Assembly (NCBI GenBank): GCA_963663275.1
Contig: OY760183.1
Location: forward strand, 3,104,001 to 3,168,000
Direction of reading: 5' to 3'
DNA: 64,000 nt
From: Chloroflexota bacterium
GTDB taxonomy: Bacteria; Chloroflexota; UBA11872; VXOZ01
Position 1 is the first letter of the stretch. Every line of letters starts with the position of its first letter. Below the pieces are notes generated by a model. That model worked only from the letters and a program-made list of their open reading frames with translations, did not search any database and was not told where the DNA came from. Position numbers and translations under genes: made by a program. Shown in pieces: positions 50,801 through 60,126 of this stretch.

Positions 50801-51724
50801 TCACCTAATTCTTGCGTCCAGTTCTTTCGCCAATCGGCCAAGCGTTTCTATGTTTATGCGCAATCGATCTGTTTCCAACGGGAGAATTCGACCCACCATG
50901 TGGGCAACTGCTGGCTGTTTAGCGGCAAATCGATTATCCACAACTCCCGCATTGTGGTTATATATGTGTCGGGCTTGAAAGAACCACTTCAATTCCTCCC
51001 AGGCATTCACTCCGACAAGCTCTTTGATGCGAGGAATGTCCATCACCTGCAACTCCGCGTCAAGCGCCTCAATGGCCTGAAACAGATTGCTCCTGGCTTT
51101 GGAACGGAAGCCAGTGCGCCGGGAGCGCAGGGCCTTGCCGAAGGCGTCGAAGGCGCCGACTGCTCCAACGAGTGCATCCCGGAGAAAGTCGCTCTTGAGG
51201 TCGTCGTCGAGGTTTTGGTCTTGCGACAGTTTCAGCTTCTTCTTTGCAGTTTCAAGAGAAGCCAGACAGACGCTTAGCGCATTGAGTTGCCCACAATCTG
51301 GGCAAGTACTGAAGACTCCATAGATGGCGAATTCCAATCCACACTGATCGCAGCTAATTTCTGTTTCAAGCTGCTCTTCCATGTACTCGTGAGGTGGCAT
51401 GATTTCATAACGGACGGAGAAGCCAAAGCGAATAAGACTATCTGGCTGGTTGCGGTTCAATTGCTCAATGTTCTGCGCAAACTCCCTTGCTGCAGGCTCC
51501 ACGATCTCTTTGGCAACTACTGACTTTATGAATTGCAATTGGTCTCTTGTGAAGAATTCAACCATTTCTGCTTCTGTCTCACAGTAAGGACAACGAGTCA
51601 CTTGGATGGGTAGGCCCGTTCCAAGCTTCAATTTGAAGTAGAGACCGCAGTCTTCACTCGGACACTCGCGGCCTATCATCCCTTTGTCATCGGTCTTCAT
51701 CGGGATTTGGATTCCTAGGTTCAA
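50801..51724 (-). CDS. Hypothetical protein with two Zn-ribbons and a C-terminal HEPN-like RxxxxH motif
   Basis: CPSEDC, CPYC, CDQC, CPDC; RHIYNH; GGAGG SD before TTG. Confidence 0.7.
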   Translation of the reverse strand: MNLGIQIPMKTDDKGMIGRECPSEDCGLYFKLKLGTGLPIQVTRCPYCETEAEMVEFFTRDQLQFIKSVVAKEIVEPAAREFAQNIEQLNRNQPDSLIRFGFSVRYEIMPPHEYMEEQLETEISCDQCGLEFAIYGVFSTCPDCGQLNALSVCLASLETAKKKLKLSQDQNLDDDLKSDFLRDALVGAVGAFDAFGKALRSRRTGFRSKARSNLFQAIEALDAELQVMDIPRIKELVGVNAWEELKWFFQARHIYNHNAGVVDNRFAAKQPAVAHMVGRILPLETDRLRINIETLGRLAKELDARIR

Positions 51725-52004
51725 GACTTATCCTCCAACTACAGCCACACTCGCCTCTCAGCAAGGAATTGCTGTTCACTCTTCTAATTATGTTGATCTT
51801 ATAATGAAGGTTTCAGTCTTCAATGTTGTAAGTGGATTGTTGAAAGTCTGTACAGCGTTCAAGGCAGCTTCGCGAGACTTGCTGATCAACTCACGCCAAA
51901 CGGTAGGTCTGCGTGTTCTTGCCACAACTCTACTTTCATCCCAATTTGCAATTCAGCGCGCTCAACTCTGCAAATGCGGTAGCCAGAACTGTAAATCAAA
52001 TGGT

Positions 52005-52346
52005 TTACTGGTTTGCCCGTGAAAGCTCCTCTGCCAATGCATAAATTCGGCGAGCGATCTCCTCTGCTCTCTTGTAACGCATGTGCGACAGTGTCGCCCC
52101 TATCCTGCCTTCATATCCTTCAACTATCTCGCCCTGAATTAGGGCACGTCGCTTTGCTGGATTCTTGGTGAGGGATTCCTTTATCCAGCCATACTCTTCT
52201 CTTAGATGCTCCGGTAGGTCTGCCATAGAAACCGAATGGAACTCCCGGAAGGCCTCTGCCAAGCGTTCCATTATGTTGCCTCTGCCCGTCGCCAACACGT
52301 AGACGGCCATACTAAGTTTCTCCTCCGCGTAAAGGGAATTACCCAT
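52005..52346 (-). CDS. Small helical hypothetical protein
   Basis: GGAGGAG SD before ATG at 52346; 113 aa; AT-richer. Confidence 0.6.
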   Translation of the reverse strand: MGNSLYAEEKLSMAVYVLATGRGNIMERLAEAFREFHSVSMADLPEHLREEYGWIKESLTKNPAKRRALIQGEIVEGYEGRIGATLSHMRYKRAEEIARRIYALAEELSRANQ

Positions 52347-52476
52347 GTTAGCTCCTCCCAAGCGTGCAATTCCTGGTACGATCTGCCTTCTCCAAGACAT
52401 AGTGTGAAGTGTACTTACAATTATAGCAGGATATCTAGAGTTTGACCCTTGCTCCCCGCCAAAGTATCTTCGGTTT

Positions 52477-52680
52477 CTAAATGACCAACTTCGCGTCTTT
52501 GGGACGGGGTTTGCCGCCGTGGACTGAGGGTTCGGCGCACCATTTGGCGGATAGGCGGCGGACGGCTGTATAGGTTTGTTCGTCGAAGCCTAAGAGGTCG
52601 CAGATGACGCGGCGGTCGAGGAGGGCGCGGTTGGGGTCGGCGTCGGCAAGGTAGGCCGGCTGCAGATCTTTGTTGTGGAA
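52477..52680 (-). pseudogene. Orphan 3' fragment of the fused R-M gene (diverged copy of 54082-54285)
   Basis: Encodes FHNKDLQPAYLADADPNRALLDRRVICDLLGFDEQTYTAVRRLSAKWCAEPSVHGGKPRPKDAKLVI-stop. Confidence 0.88.
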
Positions 52681-52754
52681 AGTAGCGTCACCCCAACACT
52701 AGCTCCGATGAAATCTTGCTCATTGAACTGAACAGTTGGGACTTGAGTGCTCGA

Positions 52755-53960
52755 CTACTCTGACTTCCCCAGTGCAGCGGCGATCTCAATCCCCTTTTGT
52801 GTTATCTCAAATCTCTTGTCCAGCCCATTAGTATATCTGACAAGCCCTCTATCAATCAGGTCAGTCAGAGCCTGTTCCCACTTTGCCTGAGATTCCACAT
52901 CGCCACTCTCCCCAAAGACTCTGCCATTTGTCTGAATTAGTAAGTCTATTGTTGGCCCAGACTTGACAACAAATCGGATTTCGTCTTTGGTTGCTTCTGC
53001 GAGAAGCTGTTTTGCTTCCTCCGAAAGATGCGTGTCCTCACTCTTTTTCAGCTCCAATGCATCTGTAGATTCTGATTGTACTCGTACCACCGATTCAATT
53101 GCAGCCTCAAAGTCTCCCACGCTTTGCTCGTCTATTCCATCCCAATTCACTGGACAACCAGCAGTCTCCAAGCGTCTAGCCAATTCCTGGAGTTGCTCGG
53201 TGCTGCCATCCAGCCGGACGACATGAAGTCCCTCAATGTCGCTGAATCGCCTTAGCCGGCCAAGTTCCACCAGTACCGTTCGTTCATTGTTCCGCCCCAT
53301 CGCCATGCCAGCTTCAAACAGCACGTTTGGTCTGGCTTGGCCTCTAAACTCAGTCTCATAGTCAGGTTCGTTTTCGTTCCACAACTGAGCGTTTAGCCTA
53401 GCTTCATCGTCAGGCGTAAAAAGCACTATCACTGCATGCGCCTGTGAAAAAGCAGCGTCAAGGACTTCACCCACATAGGGAGTCGGTTTGCCTGTGGCCT
53501 GGACGAGTTCGGACCATTCCAGGGGATGAAGTCCAATAGACCTCAGGAAGGCAAAAAGCGCATCGCGGCCCTGCTCATTCCTGCCATGAACAACAAAGAC
53601 ATCGCGAGTGTCACTAGACGGAACTTGTGCTTCTGACAATTCTTCAGGATCCTCATGGCTGCCTCCGGGTGGTCCCACAATGAAGTCATTTGTAACATCG
53701 TTCTCCGCTGGGATTTCCCCGTCATCAAACAAGTGTGCGGAGTCTTGTCCTCCCGCTACCTTCTCTTGGGTTGCCAATATTTGGACCCTGCTGGCTCCAT
53801 GCACATCGATTTCCCTTGCGTTCAGGGTTATCGGAGTACCCTGTTGGTAGGGCTTCAATATGCGTTCTTCGACAAAGTCTTTTGACACATTCAAGGCGTA
53901 ACCATTAGATTGCCAGTGCTTAACACGTACGTGATAGAACAACAAAGACCTCCTCCACAA
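52755..53960 (-). CDS. TIR-like nucleotide-binding domain protein (Cap12/Pycsar-type TIR) with probable C-terminal winged helix
   Basis: VFVVHGRN, PLEW, FTPDD, ARPNVLFEAGMAMG; start may be ~53942-53945. Confidence 0.8.
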   Translation of the reverse strand: MWRRSLLFYHVRVKHWQSNGYALNVSKDFVEERILKPYQQGTPITLNAREIDVHGASRVQILATQEKVAGGQDSAHLFDDGEIPAENDVTNDFIVGPPGGSHEDPEELSEAQVPSSDTRDVFVVHGRNEQGRDALFAFLRSIGLHPLEWSELVQATGKPTPYVGEVLDAAFSQAHAVIVLFTPDDEARLNAQLWNENEPDYETEFRGQARPNVLFEAGMAMGRNNERTVLVELGRLRRFSDIEGLHVVRLDGSTEQLQELARRLETAGCPVNWDGIDEQSVGDFEAAIESVVRVQSESTDALELKKSEDTHLSEEAKQLLAEATKDEIRFVVKSGPTIDLLIQTNGRVFGESGDVESQAKWEQALTDLIDRGLVRYTNGLDKRFEITQKGIEIAAALGKSE

Positions 53961-54081
53961 TTCAGTATGCCTTTACATCACTGGTCAGCTCGATCAATGG
54001 GCGTTGCTCACGTCTCAATCACTGTTCTCAGTATAGCCCACTAATTTCAGATTTCGCTACACATCGGAATCTACTTGGCCA

Positions 54082-56984
54082 CTACATGACCAGCTTTGCA
54101 CCTTTCGGACGGGGTTTGCCGCCGTGGACGGATGGTTCGGCACACCATTTGGCGGCTAGGCGGCGGACGGCGGTGTAGATGGCTTCGTCGAAACCCAAGA
54201 GGTCACAGATGACGCGGCGGTCGAGGAGGGCGCGGTTGGGGTCGGCGTCGGCGAGGTAGGCGGGTTGTAGGTCTCTATCGCGGAACTCTTCGAAGATGAG
54301 TTCCGCCATGATGAGTTGGTCGTCGCTAAGTGCGCGGAAGTCGAGGACGGGCAGGGATGGGGCGACAAGCCGTGTCATGCTCGCCTTGCTCGATTGCTGT
54401 CGGCTAGAGAGCCACCAATAGGAAAGGAGACCGAGAGTGCAGTTTCCCCAAACTGCAAAGGCGAAGTCAAACGCCTCCTCGTCGAAGATCACGTTGGGCC
54501 AGACTCTGCCACCGATGGCTTTTTCTTGCGTAAACGCTACGGCAAGTGCCTGTGATCCGAACGTAAAGTCTCTGTTCAAGTGGCCGCGACTAGCAGTCGC
54601 CCAAAGTTCGGCCGCTCTCTTCTCCATTCCTTGCTTCACGCGCAACTGTGAATCGGGCTCGCAAGTCAACCTTGTCTCTTTTGGCGCATCGTGGTTGTAG
54701 AGCGATGGGTAAGTGGCCGTAGGACTTGCCGCTTCCTTGGTGAAAGGCCCATTGTGAGTCTTTAGGGTTAACATTGAGTCGTGAACTCCCAACCGACCTA
54801 TCTCGTTTAGAGAGGCTATCGGCAACTCCCGGCAATTCGGTTCTGCGGGAAGCCACAGCTTGCCCGTCGATAAAGAGTGCGCAACCTGCATAACAGAGGC
54901 ATCTAGTATGCGCGCCGCGCCCCATCCGTTTTCGTGACTCTCAATGGTAGCCTCTACCATCTCACCAGCAATTGCGTCACCACAATAAATGGTATCTCCC
55001 CCGTAGGGTCCATCTTCCAGCTTGCGGATTTCCTTACCGGAATGTATCGCCTTAGCCATGTCCTGAGCTTCCGCAAGGTTGCCTGGCCTATGCCGCAAAG
55101 ATATGAAAGTGCCCCTACCGCTTGGCTTTTCATTTGGCGCCAGGCTGCGGCCGATTACCAGGCACTCCGCCATGCCGGTGTCGGACGAAAACGACATGTC
55201 GTGACCGTTGGCGGCAATGCTGACCACGGTGACATCGGTGCATTGCGTCGCTATCAACTTTCTAAACTTGGTCCAGGACGCGCCATTGATAGCGGTAAAC
55301 GGCAAAACGAGCGCAACAACGCTGTTGGGAGCCATCTTTCTAGCAGCGAGAGACCCGAAGGCGGAACCAAGCCCGGCGTGACCGTGGTAGAAGGTGTTCT
55401 TGGCAAGTTGCTTCAATCGCCCTGCCATTTCAGCCTGGTCATCATCAGAAGAGTCGAAAGCGGCAAAGGCGGCATTGAGAACACCGTCTCTCGCGTTATA
55501 GTGCTTGGTATTGCTGGTAAACGGCGGGTTCATTATCACCAAATCAAAACTCTCATCCGGCATATCCACCGTCACTTGCGCCGCGGTTTCCTCACCCACG
55601 CTGCCGGTGCGCAGGGCGGGGTCGCTGGTATTGAAGAGGGTTTGCACGTCGGAGGGTTGCAGGAGTTCCAGGGAGCCGATTTTCACCGTGCCGTCGTCCT
55701 GGCGGCCGTAGGGCATGGTGTAGAGGCGCGAATTGCGGAAGCCGACGGCGGGTTCCACCCCGGAAAGCGTGGAGCCGGTGATGTGGATGGCCGAGGGCAT
55801 GACGTCGCAGCCGTAGAGCACTTCTTCCATCATGGCCTGGTGCAGGGCGGCGGGATTGCCGCCGGCGCGCTCGTGGCGGGCGGCGACCTGGGCATAGACC
55901 GCCGAGAGCAGCGCGCCGGTGCCGCAGGCGAAATCGCCGACGCGCAGCCGGCCGATGGCCCCGGCGTCCGCCCAATCCACGCCCGGCAACTTGGCCACCG
56001 CCAGCCGCGCCAGCAACGCCGCCGAGGCGGGCAACTATAAAAAGTAGCCAGATACTTGCGGTCGGCAATCAGGCGCTGGAAGATGCGGCCGGTGAGGTCG
56101 TGGGAGTTCTCCACGCCCATGGCGCTGACCTCCTGCGCGGTGTGCCGCAGGCGTCCCAAAATCTGCGCCGCCTCGGCCGCGGGCAAGTGCGCCAGAATGT
56201 CTTTAGCCACGGCAAAGATCGCCCAATAGTTGATCTTCAGTATCTCCCCCCACGCCGCGCCTACCGCGCTCTGCGGATTGGCGACGGCGTCCCCACAGAC
56301 GATCTCCAACGGCTTGATTGCGGCATACATGCCGGCGATGCGCTCGTGAAAAACGAGAGCGTTGGCGATGATGGCACAGGCCATGCGGCGGGTCTGGGGG
56401 ACGTTGCTCATGCCCAATAGACGCGCAATATCCATGGTGACGGCCTGGCGGTTGACGTCCATTTCGTCCAGGATCTGCGCGGCGGCGCTGATGCCTTGTT
56501 CCAGCGTGTCGGTGGCTGCGTCTACGGCGCGCTGGGGCACGGATACTAACCGGATGAGGTCGGCTACGTCCGCGGGCGCGCCGTCCAACCAGCCGGACGC
56601 GGGAAAACGATTGATACCGTCCTTTTCTTCGGTGAACACACAATAAGAAAGCCGCGCCCGGCCTAAGGCGAGCGGCAGGTCGTCGGCGTCGCCTATTTCG
56701 TGCGGGTAGCGCAAGGCGACGGCGGCCTCGATGCGCCGCCCGCCAGCGGCAACCGCCAACCCTAACCGCGATTTGGCCTCTTCCTCAACAGTAGCGGCCG
56801 GTAAATACTCGGCTTCGACGACCACCGGCGCATGGTCCGGCGCGGTGATGAGCAAATCTGGCCGCAACCCGGGCTGCCCAACTATGGCACGAGTATTCTC
56901 CGAGCGCACCCGGCTGCGCGCCATCATGCCCTGCAAGACAGCCTGAAGGGCGTTGTTGACACTGGGTTCGGTCTGGCGCGGCAT
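54082..56984 (-). pseudogene. Fused type IIG-like restriction-modification enzyme (nuclease + N6-adenine MTase + TRD), frameshifted at ~56036
   Basis: PDLLI..VVVEAEY nuclease-like motif; LATFY|LPASA frame break; DFACGTG motif I; MNPPF motif IV. Confidence 0.8.
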
Positions 56985-57109
56985 GGATGTGCCTTTCAGT
57001 GAAGATGGTGTTTGCGGTTTTGGGCGGTGTGGTGGGTTGGCGTTTGGTGTTGCGCGGTTTCGTGAGATGGCGTTTGGTTTTGTGCGCGAAAGAGGCGGGG
57101 GACAAGCCC

Positions 57110-57271
57110 CAATGCTGTCGCATTAAACACAATGAGAGTGAAAACAACGCTCGTTTCTCCGGTAGCGCAGGTTTGTAACCTGCGTCTTCCGTAGGGTCAA
57201 TCCATTTCGTTAGCATTTCTCTTATTCCGGCGGGGGACAAGCCCCCGCGCTACGTTAATGCGACAGTATTG
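57110..57271. mobile_element. MITE family B copy 2 (162 bp, inverted relative to copy 1)
   Basis: CAATGCTGTCGCATTAA..TTAATGCGACAGTATTG; same 11-bp direct repeat GGGACAAGCCC. Confidence 0.85.
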
Positions 57272-57573
57272 GGGACAAGCCCCCGCGCTACGGCGATTCC
57301 GTGTTCAAGAGGCGGGGGATAAACCCCCGCGCTACGGCTCCTTTGTGCGCGATTGACCCCCTCTCCCTGGGGAGAGGGCCGGGGTGAGGGGACTCTTGGC
57401 GCTGCCAGTTCACCCCCATCCCAACCTTCCCCCCAAAGGGGAAGGGGCAATGCAAAGGTCTACTTGGAGAAATCCCCTGCACAACTGTACCACGCCGGTG
57501 TAGATGGGTTGCGCGGCGCCGGCGCGGGCTTGCTACAATACGGTCAATACCGTTTTCTCAGTTCTCATCGGCC

Positions 57574-60126
57574 ATGAATGAAGCTACCGCGCGGCTCAAG
57601 ATCAATAAACTGCTGGAGCAAGCCGGCTGGCGATTCTTCCCGGGGGAGAATGGCCCTGCCAACATCCAACTTGAGCACAACGTCGCTCTCGACCGCACGA
57701 AACTAGACTCTCTGGGTGACAACTTCGAGAACACGCGGCGCGGTTTCGTTGACTTTCTCCTGCTGGATGCCAAAGGCTTTCCCCTGGTTGTCCTGGAAGC
57801 CAAGTCCGAAGCGAAAGAACCCTTGGCGGCGAAAGAGCAGGCGCGGCGGTATGCGCGTTCCCTGAACTGCCGGTTCGTCATCCTCTCGAACGGAAACCTG
57901 CACTACTTCTGGGACCTGGAACGGGGCGACCCGCACATCATCACCGCGTTCCCGAGGCCAGAGTCGGTCGCGGGGTACACCAAGGTCGAGCCCAATCCAC
58001 AACGCCTCGTCGACGAACGGGTTCACCACGACTACATCGTCCTCAGCCAGCGACCCCATTACGAATCCGAGGCGGCGTGGATTAACCTGAAAGAGCGCCC
58101 GGGCTTCATAAAGGCCAACAACCTGCGCTTTCTGCGCGCCTACCAACTCCAGGCCGTCCACGCCTTGCAGCGGGCGGTAAGGGATGGCAAAGATCGCTTT
58201 CTCTTCGAAATGGCCACCGGCACGGGCAAGACCCTCACCGCTGCCGCCATTGTCAAGCTCTTCCTGAGCACCCGCAACGCCTCGCGCGTGTTGTTCCTCG
58301 TAGACCGTCTGGAACTTGAAGGGCAAGCCAGCAAGGTCTTCACGGATCTCCTCTCAGCAGACTTCCAGACGGTGATCTACAAGGAGAAGCGCGACGACTG
58401 GCGGTCGGCGGAAATCGTCGTCACCACGGTCCAGTCGCTGCTTTTCAACAGCAAGTACCAGCATCTCTTCTCACCGACCGACTTCGATCTGGTAATCTCC
58501 GATGAAGCGCACCGTTCCATCAGCGGCAACGCGCGCGCCGTGTTCGAATATTTCGTTGGCTACAAGCTCGGCCTCACCGCCACGCCGCGCGACTACCTGC
58601 GCGGCACAAAGGGTAGCGGCCCCATTGCGCGCGACCCGCGTGAGGTGGAGCGCCGTTTGCTGGAGGACACCTACCGCACCTTCGGCTGCGCGAGCGGGCA
58701 GCCCACCTTCCGCTACTCGCTGCTCGACGGGGTGCGGGACCGCTATCTCATCAACCCCACCGTCGTGGACGCCCGCACTGAGGTAACGACCCAATTGCTG
58801 GCGGATGACGGCTTCGTCGTTGCCGTCACGGACGATACCGGCGATGAGCACGAGGAGTCGTACAAGCAGCGTGAGTTTGAGAAGCGCTTCTTCTCCGCGG
58901 CGACGAACCAGGTCTTTTGCAAGACGTTTCTGGAGAATGCGCTGCGGGACCCGGTCAGCGGCGAGATTGGCAAGTCCATCGTCTTTGCCGTCAGCCAGCG
59001 CCACGCCGCCAGGCTGACCCAGACCCTCAACCAGATGGCAACGCGCATGTACCCCGGCAAGTACCAATCCGACTTTGCCGTTCAGGTCACCTCGCACGTG
59101 CAAGACGCGCAGCAGTTCACCAGCAGATTTGCCAACAACAACCTGATGGGCTCCGGCAACTTCCTGCCCGCCTACCGCACCAGCAAAGCGCGGGTCTGCG
59201 TCACTGTCGGCATGATGACCACCGGCTACGACTGCACCGACATCCTCAACCTCGGCCTCTTCCGGCCCATCTTCTCGCCCACGGACTTCGTGCAGATCAA
59301 GGGACGGGGCACGCGCAGGCACAACTTCCTCGATGAAGTTCACGCTCACGGCGCAGCGGAGCGCGTGGAACACCCGGAGAAGACCACTTTCAAGCTCTTC
59401 GACTTCTTCGGCAATTGCGAATACTTCGAGACCGAATTCAACTATGATGAAGTTCTCACGCTGCCCAGGCCGCAGTCCTCATCAGGGGAAGCGGGCGGAG
59501 GAGCGGGGCAGCCAGCGCGGTTCGACGGCGCCTACCAACACCTCGGCGCGGACATTCTCGCAACCATCAAAGAAGAGCCGGTCGGCTACGAAGGCATGAA
59601 GATCGACCGCATGTTGTTCGACCGTTTTGCCGACACCGTGCGTGCGGATGAAGTCGTCACGGAGGCGGTCGAAACCAGGCAATGGGACCGCGCCATCGAC
59701 CACGTCCACCGGGAGATCTTCGACAAGCCTGAGGACTTCATCAACCTCAAGAAGCTACGGCAAGCGGCCGGCGTCGACCGCCGCGTAACCCTGCGTGAAT
59801 TTCTCGAATGGGTTTTCGACCTCATTCCCAACATCAAGTCTAAAGACGAGTTGCTGGAAGAGGAATTTGCCAGGTTCGTCAGCGACCACAAGCCCGATGA
59901 GGCCCGGTACATCCCCGTCATCAAGGCGTTCTTCAAGGCCTACGTTACCAGCGACCTCACGCGCCACAGCGTTGACGCCGGCAAGCTCACGGATCTGGCT
60001 ACGAACCCCATCTTCTCTCTTAAGGATTACCGCTCGGTACCCAGAAAGTATCGGGGCTTGGTGCCGGAATATGTCAAAGATTATGTCTCGTTGAACCGGT
60101 TTGAGGACTACGAATCGTCATGCTAG
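57574..60126 (+). CDS. hsdR: Type I restriction enzyme R subunit (EcoAI-like helicase/nuclease)
   Basis: VDFLL..VLEAK, MATGTGKT, DEAHRS, LTATP, QIKGRGTR. Confidence 0.9.
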   Translation: MNEATARLKINKLLEQAGWRFFPGENGPANIQLEHNVALDRTKLDSLGDNFENTRRGFVDFLLLDAKGFPLVVLEAKSEAKEPLAAKEQARRYARSLNCRFVILSNGNLHYFWDLERGDPHIITAFPRPESVAGYTKVEPNPQRLVDERVHHDYIVLSQRPHYESEAAWINLKERPGFIKANNLRFLRAYQLQAVHALQRAVRDGKDRFLFEMATGTGKTLTAAAIVKLFLSTRNASRVLFLVDRLELEGQASKVFTDLLSADFQTVIYKEKRDDWRSAEIVVTTVQSLLFNSKYQHLFSPTDFDLVISDEAHRSISGNARAVFEYFVGYKLGLTATPRDYLRGTKGSGPIARDPREVERRLLEDTYRTFGCASGQPTFRYSLLDGVRDRYLINPTVVDARTEVTTQLLADDGFVVAVTDDTGDEHEESYKQREFEKRFFSAATNQVFCKTFLENALRDPVSGEIGKSIVFAVSQRHAARLTQTLNQMATRMYPGKYQSDFAVQVTSHVQDAQQFTSRFANNNLMGSGNFLPAYRTSKARVCVTVGMMTTGYDCTDILNLGLFRPIFSPTDFVQIKGRGTRRHNFLDEVHAHGAAERVEHPEKTTFKLFDFFGNCEYFETEFNYDEVLTLPRPQSSSGEAGGGAGQPARFDGAYQHLGADILATIKEEPVGYEGMKIDRMLFDRFADTVRADEVVTEAVETRQWDRAIDHVHREIFDKPEDFINLKKLRQAAGVDRRVTLREFLEWVFDLIPNIKSKDELLEEEFARFVSDHKPDEARYIPVIKAFFKAYVTSDLTRHSVDAGKLTDLATNPIFSLKDYRSVPRKYRGLVPEYVKDYVSLNRFEDYESSC

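Noticed and set aside
50735-54081. Integron cassette array
   Set aside because: No integrase and no recognisable attC RYYYAAC..GTTRRRY sites between genes
56030-56050. Programmed frameshift or phase-variable T tract
   Set aside because: Only five Ts, and the shifted frame meets TAG before rejoining
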